From Octopus vulgaris (Eukaryota), in assembly GCA_951406725.2 (NCBI GenBank), contig OX597824.1, positions 37,014,001-37,078,000 on the forward strand: a stretch of 64,000 bases of DNA, read 5' to 3'. Below are positions 39,671 to 54,860 of the stretch, in pieces. Position 1 is the stretch's first letter. Each line of letters starts with the position of its first letter. The translations under genes were made by a program, and so were the position numbers. The notes under the pieces were generated by a model. It had not been told where the DNA came from, ran no database searches, and was given only the letters and a program-made list of their open reading frames with translations.

Positions 39671-42600
39671 CAGATCAAACAATATATAATGATCACCTCT
39701 TTACCTCAAGTAGCCCTGTGTAGATATTGTTGGTGAGATCTAATTTATCAATGTCAACTCTAGCAGCAATTCTGTAAAACAACACAACTGCCATAGTTCA
39801 ACAATTCCTATCAATATTCTTGAAACCAAAATTTTCTATTGATTCTAAATTAGTAAATTGGTTTAAAGTTGATGCTCCGTTTAACCCTTTTATTACTGCA
39901 TTTATTTTGAGATGTTCTGTGTTTCTTTCAATTACTTTAAATATAACAAAGAATTTAGTAAAATAACTTAGTTATCATTGAGCTAGTATTAGGAACATAA
40001 TTTGTGACTTAAGGTTTGGTGGAAGATTTTAATTAAAAAATTATGAAAACAAGAAATTTGTACTCAGAGCCAGAGCTAGTTTCAGCCGGGTTTGTAACAA
40101 AAGGGTTAAAGGTAAATTAAAAATCATTTCTGAGTGAGTGTATATAATATTTCCTCAAACGTCGACCAGCCTCTAATCCTACTAACCAAATATCGGTGTG
40201 TAAAGAAAGTATACTTGTAATATACGATTCATATAAAATGGTAAGCTGGCAGAACCATTAACATGCTGGGCAAAATGCTTAGCAGCATTTCGTCTTTTCA
40301 TTCTGGGTCCAAATTTCACCAATGTCAACTTTTGGCAGAGGATAGAATAAGTATTAGTTGAGCAATGTAGTGGTCAATGTAATCAACTTAGCTGCTGCCT
40401 TGAAATTGCTGGCCTCAAGCCAAAATTTGAACCCAATATAAGATTCATATGATGTAACACTTTGAGTATGAATAAGGTCAGTGAGGTGTGGGGACAGGGT
40501 GTAGAGTCAATGTAAGGTGGTGGTGGCAGCAGTGGTGAAGGTAGGTGGGGTGAGAATAGTGTTGCCAAATTAAGTGATGTGATATCAATATATTTGGTTG
40601 ATAGAGGAAGTTAAAGCATATTATGATCAGGTTTATTTTTATATTTATTTTTCATTCTTTGTGAATCTCATTTCAATGACAAGAGGGTAGAGTCAGGCAG
40701 AGGTTTTAGAATGTGAAGATTCTGAGTCTAAATTCTCTTTGCAGGATTTACTTAAATATTTTAACAATTTCATCATCATCATCATCATCATTTAAAATCC
40801 ATTGTCCATACTGGCATGGGTTGGATGGTTTGACAAGGCTGGCATGCTGAAAGGCTGCACCAGGCTCCAATCTGATTTGGCATGGTTTTCTATGGTTGTA
40901 TGCCCTTCCTAACAACAACCATTCTGAGAGTGTGATAAGTGCTTTATGTGCCACCGGCATGGGTACCATTTGCATGACACCAGTATCGCCATGACTGCAA
41001 TTTTGCTCAGCTTGATGGGTCTTCTTCTCAAGCAGTGACATAATGCCAAAGGCCTTGGTCATTGCCTCCGTGTGGTCCAACACTCGAAAGGAACTCAACC
41101 ATTTTGCCTCCACGAGGCCCAACCCTCAAAAGGAAGGAACTCAGCCACTTTGCCTTCACGAGGCCCAATGCTCGAAAGGAACCCAACACTCTTCTTAAAA
41201 AAGTATAATTCTCTGTAATATATAAAGAAGTAGAATTATTTCCAAAACAACCAACCCTATACTTATTATGAACTAGGATTGATTGTTTTTATGAAGTAAT
41301 TAAGTAATTATATCCATTCATCAGGGAATAGGGGAAGTAGCAAAATGTCAGACAAAATGCCTTGTGGTGTTTAGATTGGGCTTTTTATTTGGGTTTATGA
41401 GATTTGAATCTTGCTAAGTCCATCTTTCTTCAGTCAATAAACTAATGAACTAACCCTGGCATGGAGTTGATTTGTATTCTAGCAACACATCTGAGATGAA
41501 AATGGAAATATAACAGACAAAAAGAAGAAGAAAATGAGGGACCAACTTCACAAAAATTCTTTTACTAGTTTCACTAAAGCAACAAAAACTTTGTAATGAT
41601 CTCATATTTTCCCATTACAGACATATTTGTCTTAATGCTTATAATATTCGTTTCAAATTTCGCCACAAGGCCAGTAATTTCAGGAATTGGATAAGACAAT
41701 TACATCAACCCCAGTGCTCAATTGGTACTTATTTTATTGACCTTGTAAGGATGAAAGACAAAGTTGACCTCGGCAGAATTTGAACTCAGAAAGTAAAGAC
41801 AGACAAAATGCTCCTAAGCATTTTGCCCATCTTGTTAATGATTCTCCCAGCTTACTGTCTTTTTAATAGTTGTAATATTGTGACATTATTTCCTCACTGA
41901 TGCCGATGGGTGACTATTTAACATTTTGGAGAGTAGATCTTTTTCTTCTGTTACATATCGGAGATAACAAACCTATAACTTCTAATTGGAATGCAAGATA
42001 AGTAATATTGTCTTATTAAGTATTTTTGACCCACAAGGGACAATAATGAAGTAATGATTGAATGCTGCAGAATTTACTTTCACCATCTCATGTATTGCCA
42101 ATTCTGTATAGGAGTCCTTTCTATAATTTCTATCATTCACCTTCTGAGAGGTGATCTTAGACTAAACTAAAATTCTTAAAACAAAAAATATTATTGAGCT
42201 GTAAAAGTAATGAAAGAAATATTTGATAAAATTATTTATTCTAGGAAAGTTATTGATTTGTAAAACCAACTTATCACAAATATTGGTTTCAAATTTTAGC
42301 ACAAGGCCAGAAATTTTGGGTGGGGTTGGGTTAAATCAATTACTTCGATCTCAGTGCTCAGCCAGTACTTATTTTATCAACCCTGAAAGGATGAAAGGCA
42401 AAGTTGTCCTTGGCGGAATTTGAACTCAGAACATAAAGATGAACAAAATGCTGCTGAGCATTTTGCTTGGTGTGGTAACAATTCTGCCAGCTCACCGCCC
42501 TAATTTATCACAAATATTATAAACATGTTACACATAATAAAAATGAGGTTAAGCTCTCACAGCTCCCTCTCAGTAATTTTATTAAAAGCTTACATCAGTT

Positions 42601-43884
42601 TCAAACAGAGTTGAGGGATCAAACACTAACACACAAACGCATTGGAATATAGTACTTGGTTCCTATGTCAGAAGTTTGGTTAGATTCTGACCTGGTTATC
42701 TTTGTTCTAAAATATATATTTCATATTATCTAAAATATGGTGTGTTTTCATTTAAATACAAGAATTATAAATATTTAAATTGTATAAAGTTTCCTTCTTT
42801 AAATTCCTCACACACTGTTTCAGTCTCCATAGTAATTTGCAAGTCTTAAGAGCAAGTCATGTTCACATGTTCAGGCATCTGCACCAGCAAACACCAGATT
42901 CTGGAATACCGAATGTCTGATTCATTTTATTTCACCAAGATTGGACTGATAAATTCAGTTTAACACAACTTGAAATTATGTTTCTGTAAATTGGAATGAT
43001 TCCACCAATAATTGCTTTTTTGTTTGTTTGTTTTTTTTTGAGGATGTCAATCCATATTTATTAAGACTGCATCTTGTTAACAATAAAGATCATCTATAAG
43101 GCAACAACATTCAAATTCTAGCTTTTTACAGTTATCAGAATATCCAAATCACTATACTTTTAACTTGATTTCCCCACAAGAAGGACTGCTTCTTAGATGT
43201 CAAATATCAACTGACAGAGTTTGATTAAAGTCACATGGATTAGATTCTGCAATGATTGAGAATATCTTCTGCAGTATTTCTATTCACAGCCAATAAAATT
43301 CTTGAATCTAATTCCACAAACTATTAGTCAAACAGCCAACCTCAGAACTATTTCATGAAAAATTTTATCATTTCAGGAATCACAAGGACTCAGCTGACCT
43401 ACATGCCAATCATTACCAACTAGTTGATCAGCTCCTCTATCTCATCACTTCTTGAAAAGAACACTCAAGAATATAGCATTGGTGTACATTTCTGAGTGGC
43501 CTAAAAGGTGATGATGCAGGCACGTTTGTGCATACAGAAGATCATCATTATTTAATGTCTGTTTTCCATGATGATGTGGGTTGGATGGTTTGATAGAAGC
43601 TGGCAAGGCCAAGAGCAACACCAGGATCCATTGTCTGTTTTAGCATGGTTTCTATGGCTGGAAATGCTTCCAAACACCAAGCAATTTATACTGTGTACTG
43701 TATGTTCTGGGTGCATTTCATGTGGCACCAGCAACAGTGTTTTTATGTGACGCCAGTACAGACAGTAGAGGATAAACATTTTGTATTAGTCATTTGGTCC
43801 AAAAGGTGATGATGTCTCATATTAGACGAAAGCAATATACCAATTTGTGGATCCATGTTCAAATCATAGGAGTACCATACTTAC

Positions 43885-43912
43885 AACACAATGAGGTATT
43901 TCTTACACAGCG
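43885..43912 (-). CDS. Candidate 28-bp micro-exon (LCKKYLIV)
   Basis: Acceptor cttacacag, donor TT|GTAAGT, phase 1 to 2, bridging the 48606 and 37204 candidates. Confidence 0.25.
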
Positions 43913-44382
43913 CTGTGTAAGTTTATGAAATAACTAACTGAGAAGGAATATAAAAGACAATTTATAATTTCTATTTACTTAAATGAGAACAGAAAGAATA
44001 GACCAACTTTAACATATAACTATTTATTGACCTTCCTGATGACTCACTGATTCTGAGAAAATTCATAATGAAAACTGGTTTCAAATTTTTGTACAAAACC
44101 AGCAACTTTGGGGGAAGGGTTAAGTTGATTATGTTGACTCCAGTATATTCAACTGGTACTTATTTTATCAACCCCTAAAGGATGAAAGGTAAAGTCAACC
44201 TCAGTGGAATTTGAACTCAGAACATAAACACAAACAAAATGCCGTTAGACGTTTTTTATGCAGGTATATAGGTATGACGATTCATACCTATATACCTGCA
44301 TACATATATTCAAAATTACATATTTACAAATACACACACATACTCATAAGCTTGCCTCAACATATAGATATTTTCGCATGTT

Positions 44383-44431
<49 letters not shown>

Positions 44432-45124
44432 GATATAGATATATATACATAAATTTATCCATACTTATCTAAATATCCATAAATAGTTAATCTCTAATAA
44501 AAATAAGTCCGTGAAATGACCGTGAAAGAAAAATGTGTAATGGAAATGTTGTTTTAAGATCTTCTCTACAATGATTGCAGATTTTGAATCAAATAGCATC
44601 TATACTTGCAAAGTGAGGGATTTCTTCAAATTCCTTCCAGTACATATTCAGGTAGCGTTACTAACATCCTTAAATAACATACATTTATTTGCTAGCAGAA
44701 GAAAATGATAAAACAGTTTCCTTATCTTGGTCAGAGAATATTTTGGTAACGGTATTATCTTCTATTTCTGGAGGAGTTCAAGAAATGCTGCCATTACTTG
44801 TTGCCACAACACAATATGGTTTAGAATCACCTCAGCTCAATCACATTTTTTTTCTTCAAGTAAGCCTTGGCTGTCATAACCTCACCAGCTGTCGGTTTCC
44901 ATGCCGCATTCAAACAGATACATTCATAGTCACATATCTACATATTTACAATCACATTTGCATATGTGTGTGTGTGTATGTGTATATATGTATGTGCAAC
45001 ATGTTTATGTAGCCACATGCAAACACATACAATATGATTTCTATCTTCATACATACATGTGTGTGTTTGTGTTCATATATAAATCCCAGCACACATATTT
45101 TTATGTAGAACTTTGAATATCTAT

Positions 45125-45215
<91 letters not shown>

Positions 45216-45217
45216 TA

Positions 45218-45612
45218 GGAGTGGCTGTGTGGTAAGTAGCTTGCTTACAAACCACATGGTTCCGGGCTCAGTCCCACTGTGTGGCATCTTGGGCAAGTGT
45301 CTTCTGCTATAGCCCCGGGCCGACCAATGCCTTGTGAGTGGATTTGGTAGACGGAAACTGAAAGAAGCCTGTCGTATATATGTATATATATATATACGTG
45401 TCTGTATGTGTTTGTGTGTCTGTGTTTGTCTCCCTAGCATTGCTTGACAACCGATGCTGGTGTGTTTACGTCCCCATCACTTAGCGGTTCAGCAAAAAGA
45501 AACCGATAGAATAAGTACTGGGCTTACAAAGAATAAGTCCCGGAGTCGATTTGCTCGACTAAAGGCGGTACTCCAGCATGGCCGCAGTCAAATGACTGAA
45601 ACAAGTAAAAGA
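45218..45612 (+). mobile_element. Full-length composite SINE family B
   Basis: tRNA-like head ggagtggctgtgtggtaag, body ttgggcaagtgtcttc, internal (TA/TG)n, 3' ctccagcatggccgcagtcaaatgactgaaacaagtaaaagag. Further copies at 48907-49333 and 49415-49810. Confidence 0.9.
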
Positions 45613-47012
45613 GTATATATATATATATATTTATATATAAGTTCAGTAAAATTTAGATTCAGTTGAATATAGTACTTAAGTTAAAGGCACCCGAATTTAG
45701 TATGGTATTATCCATATAATTCAAAATGGGGTGATTACAATCAAAATAAGCAACAAGGATATCCTGGATGTTCTTCTTGCTTATTTTGATTATATACATA
45801 CAGAGGTAGTTCTTGGAAGGATTACATTATCTAATATGTCCTGCCTGCCTTTTTATTTTCCTCCAAGATGATGGGGATGCGATTTCTAGCCACTTGAGTC
45901 TCTATGTAGAGGCTTTGTTTCTATTTTTCTTTTTTGTTTATTTTGATAGTTGTTTTGATGATGATGGTGGTGGTATTTTTAAATGAATCCTTTAGCAAGT
46001 GCCATGGCATAAGTCGTAAACTCTCAGTAAATCAAGTCCACAACCTAGATTCAGCTCTTCACAGATATTTCAGTTAATCCAACAAAATACCTCTTGAGAA
46101 ATGCATGAATGTCACCCCCTCAACACACAAATACAAAGCCAATAGGGTCAGTGACCAGATAACATGTATCTTTGGTCACTAAAAAGTCAAATAAATGATT
46201 TTATTTATCATCACATTTGTGTCTTGCATGAATAAACAATATATACACTCTCGGAGTGGTTGGCATTAGGAAGGGCATCCAGCTGTAGAAACTCTGCTAG
46301 ATCAAGATTGGACCCTGGTGCAGCCATCTGGTTCGCCAGTCCTCAGTCAAATCGTCCAACCCATGCTAGCATGGAAAGCGGACGTTAAATAATGATGATG
46401 ATGATGATGATGATATATATATATATATATATATATTCTTTTACTTTTTCTTTTACTTGTTTCAATCATTTGACTGCGGCCGTGCTGGAGCACCACCTTA
46501 AGGGTTTTAGTCAGGCAAAAACCCCCTTAAGCAAGCTTCTTACCACACAGCCATGAAGCATGCTTCGCAACCATGTGATTCTGGGTTTAAACACACTGTG
46601 TGGCACCTTGGGCAAGTGTCTTCTACTTTACCTCAAGCTGACCAAAGCCTTGTGAATGGATTTAGTGGACGCTGGTGTGTGTGTGTGTGTGTGCTCACAC
46701 GTGTGCATGTGTATTTATGTGTTTCTATCTTTGTCCCCCAACCATCACTTGACAATCGATGTTGGTGTGTTTACATCCCCATAACCTAGCAGTTCGTCAA
46801 AAGAGACTAATAGAATATATATTCATTCTTCACTTGTTTATTATCGTTCTTATTCTAACTCATGTCCATTGTCCAGAAATCTTTCATCATACATTCTATG
46901 ACCTCTTCAGCAACACATTCCATCCTCATGTGTGCTCCTGCTCCACTCCTGTTCCTGCTTCTAATCCATTCTGTTCTACTATGATGTGTGTCCTTATTTA
47001 TTTATGTATATA

Positions 47013-47408
47013 CTAGCAGTATCGCCCGGCGTTGCTTGGGTTTGTAAGGGAAATAACTATATAAGCATTTTTAGAGAGTTATAGCCAAAAAATAGCAAAA
47101 AAATGCATTAAAAATGAAAATAAAATTATGGTAAATTATGGTAAATTTTTTTTTAAATCGTTGACTCATCGTAGACATTTTTAGAGAGTTACTTCCCTTA
47201 TATAATAGCGAAAAAATGCATTAAAATGGAAAAAAATGCTGGTAAATTTTATTTTAAATCGTAGACTCATTGTAGACGCACACTAATACCCAGAAGGGCT
47301 CGATATGAATCACGACTATAAGATACCCACTTTTGGTTAAACTGCACCGCAAAATATGGGAGTAGTTAGGAATCTAAATCGTAGGAGACAGACACACAAC
47401 TTCTCTTT

Positions 47409-47450
<42 letters not shown>
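47013..47450 (-). mobile_element. Non-autonomous Helitron (different internal sequence from the 13955 copy)
   Basis: 3' end cccaagcaacgccgggcgatactgCTAG|T shared with the 13955 copy. 5' TC(TA)n...aaagagaagttgtgtgtctg. Contains an internal tandem duplication. Confidence 0.78.
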
Positions 47451-47452
<2 letters not shown>

Positions 47453-47588
47453 TTAGATTCAGATGAATATGGTACTTAAGTTGAGGCACCAGAATTTAGT
47501 ATGGTATTATCCATACAATTTAAAATAAGGTGATTAAAATCAAAATAAGCAACAAGGATATCCAGAGAACATCCTTGTTGCTTATTTT

Positions 47589-47695
<107 letters not shown>

Positions 47696-47697
47696 GT

Positions 47698-47890
47698 ATA
47701 TGATGGAGTGTTGAAAAGTTTCTGGTTTTGGATAAAACAAAATACAAGAAGATCAGTTGATTATGATCTTATTCAGCATATTCCCATCTCAGATTCCCAC
47801 ACTCATTGCAGCAGTCCTTCAGTTTTTCTAAGCCCTGTAAAAGAACTCAAAAGGTTGGGCCTCCAGTCAAAACTTTCACAACACCTTTGA
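47698..47890. mobile_element. mariner-type terminal fragment
   Basis: tatgatggagtgttgaaaagtttctgg terminus; related piece at about 50970-51105. Confidence 0.55.
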
Positions 47891-48605
47891 AGCTAGGAGC
47901 TTTTCAGCTCCTCCTCATATATATAACAAATATATCTATATATTTATATAGGAAGAGGCATGGCTGTGTGTTAAGAAGTTTGCTTCCCAACTCTTTGGTT
48001 CTGGGTTCAATCCCAATGCATGGCACCTTGAGCAAGTGTCTTCTACTATAGACACTTCCAAACCAAAGCCCTGTGTATGGATTTGGTAGACTGAAACTGA
48101 AAGAAGCCTGTTGTATAAACACACACATGTATATATGTATTAGATATATGAGTGTGTGTATATACATACTCCTACATGAACGGATGAGTCTTGCCTCTAA
48201 ATTCAATAGCTTTATCCAACAGCAAAGATGTCTACATGTGGCTTACATGAGAATTAAGTTGTTTTTCATCTTTTATTCTTTTCCTACTGTTTTTAGTAAG
48301 ATAATCCACTTAGGATAGAAACAGCTCACAAGACAAACCTATTATGATGAATGATGAGGAAATTGAGCCAAATTTAGATTTGCTGCTGTTACTACAGTGA
48401 GGCTGGTATATCTGTGAAAATTGCTGACGAAGCTAATAAGTTGTTGCTGATATGACTGCAGAACAACACAGAGAAGCTGTAGAACCAGAAATCACGCTGA
48501 CATCCAACGGCAGTGGTGGAACCAGTTTCAACTCCTAGGTGAGGTCATTGATGTTGTCACTGATCTTGAGAAAAATAGGAGTACAACATTATTCCTTTTG
48601 CTTAC

Positions 48606-48661
48606 CATTTGGTAATGTCCATTTAATGCAAGGTTTTGCTATCTCTTCCATTCTGTTTGAG
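48606..48661 (-). CDS. Candidate internal exon (SNRMEEIAKPCIKWTLPN)
   Basis: Acceptor ttgccacag, donor ATG|GTAAGC, single open frame phase 2 to 1. Confidence 0.4.
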
Positions 48662-50052
48662 CTGTGGCAATTTTTTGAAAAAAAAATTCATACCACAGCC
48701 ACCAACCATCACCCTGCCATGCCCTTCTTCCCACCACACCCATCGTTCCACTATCCCCATAATCCTGAACACTCCATCATCCCACAATCACCCTCTGATT
48801 TGCTATGTAATTTTAGTTTAAATGTCTATCGTAATAAAACAACTGATAAAGAGATCATTTAAAATTTGTGTCGTTAAATATTATTCCACTTCTACGCCTA
48901 TACATAGGAGTGGCTGTGTGGTAAGTAGCTTGCTTACAAACCACATAGTTCCAGGTTCAGTCCCACTGCATTGCACCTTGGGCAAGTGTCTTCTACTATA
49001 GCCTCGGGCTGACCAAAGCCTTGTGAGTGGATTTGGTAGACGAAAAACTGAAAGAAGCCCGTCGTATATGTATGTGTGTGTGTGTGTGTGTACGTGTGTG
49101 TGTGTGTGTGCGTGAGTGTGTGTGTGTGTATATGTTTGTGCATCAGTATTTGTCCCCGCCAACATCGCTTGACCACCGATGCTGGTGTGTTTATGTCTCC
49201 GTAACTTAGCAGTTCAGCAAAAGAGACCGATAGAATAAGTACTAGGCTTACAAACAATAAGTCCTGGGGTCGATTTGTTTGACTAAAGGCGGTGCTCCAG
49301 CATGGCCACAGTCAAATGACTGAAACAAGTAAGAGGGTAAAAGAGTAAAGAGTAAATAAAAATAGTAATAAAAATAACACATTACAATGTTATTTCATTT
49401 ATTTATGAATTAATGGCAGTAGCTGTGTAGTAAGAGGTTTACTTCCCAACCACATAATTTCAGGTTCAGGCCCACTGCATGACACCTTAGGCAAGTGTCT
49501 TCTACTATAGCCTCAGGCTAACCAAAGCCTTGTGAAGGGATTTGGTAGACAGAAACTGAAAGAAGCCTGTCATATGTGTGTGTGTTTATGTGTGTCTATG
49601 TGAGTGTTTTTTTGTGTCTATGTCTGTCCCCCACCACCACTTGACAACTGGTGTTGGTGTGTTTACATCCCCATGACTTTGTGATTTAGCAAAAGAGATC
49701 GATAGAATAAGCACCAGGCTTGAAAAACGAATAAGTTCTGGGTTTGATTAGTTCAGCTAAAATCCCTCAAGGCAGTGCTCCAGCATGGCTATAGCCATAA
49801 CTGAAACAACTAGCATAATTAAAGAGTAAAAGAAATAGGACCAGAATGAATTGCAGTCTCCTCAATTAGACATTTTCATTAACAATACAGTAATTAAAGA
49901 ATATGTAATACATATTAAGTTCAGAGGGGAAGAAAGAAAACAATAGTGTTTTTTTCACAAAATAGGCCTACTTCATATTTTCTTCTTGATTTAAGATTAT
50001 TAAAAATTATTATTGAAAACTAAAAGTACAAACCTTGAATCAATAAATTTAC

Positions 50053-50110
50053 CTCCTGGGTCCATGTAATTTCTTCCCTTGGGGGCATTTTTTCCTCAGT
50101 GGGACATCTT
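50053..50110 (-). CDS. Candidate internal exon (RCPTEEKMPPREEITWTQE or DVPLRKKCPQGKKLHGPR)
   Basis: Donor GAG|GTAAAT, weak acceptor; two frames are open, so the frame is unresolved. Confidence 0.3.
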
Positions 50111-50572
50111 CTGACTTAATGAAATTATACAGCAATGTCCCAACAGTTCATTGATTTAATGTTATTTTATACTGAGTTCATATCAACTCTACAGTTCAGA
50201 ACTAATAGAACAATTGCCAATAAAAATGTGATTAATTCAGTTTGCTAATTATATATTGATAAGATATTGTTTCATATTTATATACTGGATTGGTCAAAAG
50301 TCAGGCAACAAAGCAATTGACATTTATTTATATTGCTATTTTTATTATTATCATTACTTAAGGTGGCAAGCTGGCAGAGTCATTAGCATGCCAGGCAAAA
50401 TGCTTAGCAGCATTTTATCCATTTTTATGTGCTGAGTTCAGATTCCACTAGGGTTGACTTTGCCTTTCATTCTTTTGGGGTTGATAAATTAAGTACCGGT
50501 GTAACACTGAGGTCAATCTAATCAATTGGTCCCCTCCACCAAAATTTCAGGCCTTGTGCTTACATTAGAAAG

Positions 50573-50573
50573 A

Positions 50574-50623
<50 letters not shown>

Positions 50624-50713
50624 CATCATCATCATCATCATTATTATTATTATTATTATTATCATTATTATTATTATTATTATTATTATCATCAGAATCA
50701 TCATCATCATCAA

Positions 50714-50808
<95 letters not shown>
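50573..50808. repeat. (ATT)n/(ATC)n microsatellite tail of a SINE at 50361-50572
   Basis: Direct inspection. Confidence 0.95.
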
Positions 50809-50809
<1 letters not shown>

Positions 50810-51835
50810 TTTTGTTCATCATTACTTTAACTATTTTATTCAATTTTACAAAAATTGAAAGTATGTCTGACAATCCCGGAGCCTATTGAACTTACAATTT
50901 GGCCCACCCTTTATAATCTTGCTTCTGCAAGATCAACAACAAACCAAGCCATTTCTCTAATTCTGACTACAATTAACTTTATTCAACACATTCCACCCTC
51001 AGATTCACACACTTATTGCAGTGGTCCTGCAGTTTTTTTAAGTTCTGTAAAAGAGCTTGGAAAGTTGGACTTCCTTTAAAGCCGGGAATATTTCAGCATC
51101 ATCTTATGTGTGTGTGTGTGTACATATATGTATATTTGTGTGTGTATATATATATACACACACACACAATGGGCTTCTTTCAGTTTCCATCTACCAAATC
51201 CACTCAAGGCTTTGGTCAAACCAAGGCTACAGTAGAAAACACTTGCCCAAGGTGCCACATTGTGGGACTGATCTGGAACCATATGGTTAGAAAGCAAGCT
51301 TCTTACCACACAGTCATGCCTGCATCTATATATATGCATTCCAGATTGTTGGAGTTGCTGTTATTGTATATTACTAGGTCAGCCTTCATCAATTATACCT
51401 TTGATTAAAAGCTGAGCAAATAAGACCATCCTATCTTTTATTTTTAGATGTACTATAATCTGAGAGTTACCTTATTCAATGTAGCCTTCTGTTTTGAAGA
51501 TGGTGCATAAGGATTTTAGGAACATTTGGCCATTGTTTCTAGTAGATTGAGTACCTACATAAAGGTTCTCACCATAGAAGTCATTGGTTCTACAAGTGGT
51601 TTTATTCTGAGACATGTTGCCTGATAGTTGCAATATATTCATGAGAACTAGATCTGTGTTACTGATATAACTACAAAACACTTTAAACTGACTCACAAAC
51701 TCAAATCACTTAATAAACTACTTACACCTCATTTTACACATATTTCTTTAGTACAGCCTTAAAACAGAATGTTACGACATCTCTGCTATAATTTGATCCC
51801 TGAACAGTAAACTAACAAGCTACTCATTTCAGTAT

Positions 51836-51920
<85 letters not shown>

Positions 51921-52089
51921 TAAAATAATAAGGGTGAAAAATTGAATAGTAATTTGATTAATATCAATTTAAAACCAGTGGTCTAGCATATTAAAATCTG
52001 AAGATACAGAAAAATTATATTATATACATATAAGCGGGATGACCACTTATATGTATATATATATGGATATATGTATGTATGCATGTATG

Positions 52090-52149
<60 letters not shown>

Positions 52150-54280
52150 CATAAATATATATGATTTGATTTTGATGATTTTTCCAGTTTCAGCTAATGA
52201 GCTGTGGCCATGCTGGGGCACCGCCATTTATATATATATATATATATATAAGCATAGTGCAAATGCTAAAAAACATCTGAACAATGTAAGTTTGCCACTT
52301 TGCCACCCAAGTTTGATTCTTCACTGTTGAACCAGTTCACTTCATTTCCTGGTCTAATTTAATTGCCAAGAAAAGGCTCTTCCAGACCAATTTACATTGA
52401 AAACTGTGTAAGAAGATGCTGTTTTTGGTGGTGTTTTAACAACTTAGAAACATTGTTATTAAACTTATATTATGAGTCCAGAAGATGTGAAATAATATAG
52501 AAAGTTTTTCACATGGCCACACCTAATATATATATATATTGCTGCTGTTTTCTGGTCTCGTTGCACAAGTTTACCTTGGTTTATTTTTCATAATGCTTTT
52601 GTGCCTGATATATTTAGTTATTTTGATTTTAGAGAGAGGAATATTTTCCTTGGTGTTTTGGCAGTTTTACCCTAAATTGCAATATTAATTTCTTGAAGAA
52701 ATTTTTATTTGCTGTGTATCATGGGACTTATGCTTTTTTGACAAATTTTATTAGACTACAGAAGGGATTGCCCTCATTATTATTCATTATTATTCATTAT
52801 TATTCATTATTATTCATTATTGCCCTCATTATTATTAATTTTTAACCTCGTATATAGTACGCACTAGGGATTTTGATCTTTAAATTTTGGGAAAAAAATT
52901 TGGATTATACTCTAGGATTTACAGTAATGCCTTTTTATTGACATTGTTTTGAATTAATCATGCATTATTTTCTAGCTTTGAAACTTTGATGATGTGATTG
53001 TATATTTTATAATGGCATTGAAGAGTAAGTGTAATAGGCTGGATCTAGCTAGCTAGAGCATGATGCAGGTAGCATATTTGGACTGGATATAGCTGATTTA
53101 AATGCTAAAGGGTTAAAGAATTAAGCCTCCTTGTCAAACCACAGATGTCAACAACAAGCAAACTGTTTCAAATTGATTTTAATCATAAGCCATTTTAGCT
53201 TCATTTAGTGGGACTACATAGAAAAATATGTCTGAACGTAATGTCAATACTCTATATGATAGGGTTAAATTTTATAAAAAAAAAAAAGACTGTTTTTATT
53301 CAGAAGGCAATTTTTCTGTGGAGATCATTCAACATGCTTAACTGTCATTGAAGCTCTATAATTTTAATTAATCCCAATTTCAATTTTAACATTTCACTTT
53401 ATGATCTTTTCAAAACCTGAAGGAGATCAAACTTTAGTTTTCTAATTCATTCTTTCGTCAAACACTCTTCAAATGCTTAAAAAGGTCATCTTTTTCATAA
53501 TAATTCTTAGCAAATATCAACTCACTTAAGCAGATTAGCCTTGGAAGGAAATGAAATTAATTTAGTGTTTTTTTTATGATGGTCTAAGCCTGATATTTAA
53601 ATACAACTAGAAACTTAATGTTTAAATTGTAGCATATACTGAGATATATAATTGCCACATACTAACTGTAGTACTTAAATTCAATATGAAGCTGTAAGGC
53701 AGTGAGCTGGCAGAAACGTTAGCACGCTGAGCAAAATGCATAACTGTATTTCATCTATCGCTATGTTCTGAGTTCAAATTCTGCCGAGGTCGACTTTGCC
53801 TTTCATCCTTTGGGGGTCGATAAATTAAGTACCAGTTACGCACTGGGGTCGATATAATCGACTTAATCCATTTGTCTGTCCTTGTTTGTCCCCTCTGTGT
53901 TTAGCCCTTGTGGGTAGTAAAGAAATATATAATAGGAAGCTGTGGAATTTAAATTTAACAAAACAGCTAAATATTTAAAGATATGAAATTTTAACTGCAC
54001 TATCTACATCACCCAAGCTGCAAATTCTGATTCTAATAGAAACCTATGGTAACTGTATCTACATCCCTAAACTATTGTTTCAAACTGTAACATCTGATTG
54101 TAAGACAAAATTATAATATTTCATTCTTACAGCAAACTATAAGAATTTTTGTATTTTGTTAACTAATCTCTTTCTACTTTAGAGAGAAAAAGTAGACTTA
54201 CACACATATACATTCAAAAATACATACTTACATACATGCATAGATGTATGCATATGTACACATACATACACACACATATG

Positions 54281-54332
<52 letters not shown>

Positions 54333-54426
54333 TACATGGTGGTGGTGGTGGTGGTGGTGGTGATGATGCATGCTTGCATGCTTACATTCATACTTTCATA
54401 CATGTATACATACATACATACATACA

Positions 54427-54460
<34 letters not shown>

Positions 54461-54643
54461 CATGTGTGTGTGTCTGTCACTGTCTTTCTTTGTATATCTT
54501 TTAATCTATGTATGGACACAACTATAACTTATCTTTTAGCAATAAACCAGCTTCTCTGTCAATGACAGGGTTCTTAACTTTATCATAACATCTCACAGCT
54601 TTCCACTTGGCCTTCCTCTTATGAAACTCCCATTCAGGCATAC

Positions 54644-54745
54644 CTTTCCTCTTCCTCCACAGGAATTCTGGAAAGGTTTCTAGGTAGGGTTGACAAAAGT
54701 TCTGTTGATTTCAGGAAGGAAATTTTCTGGATAGATTTTTTAAAT
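54644..54745 (-). CDS. Candidate internal exon (FKKSIQKISFLKSTELLSTLPRNLSRIPVEEEE)
   Basis: Donor AAG|GTATGC, acceptor aatttag (alternative atccag), open frame phase 2 to 2. Confidence 0.35.
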
Positions 54746-54860
54746 CTAAATTCTAATTTCACAAGATCTAATTCAAAGTAGGAAAACTCAAGAAAGAATT
54801 CTTCAAAGCAATACAATTATTTTATGATTATATGATTCATTTCATTTTGTACTCCAATGT

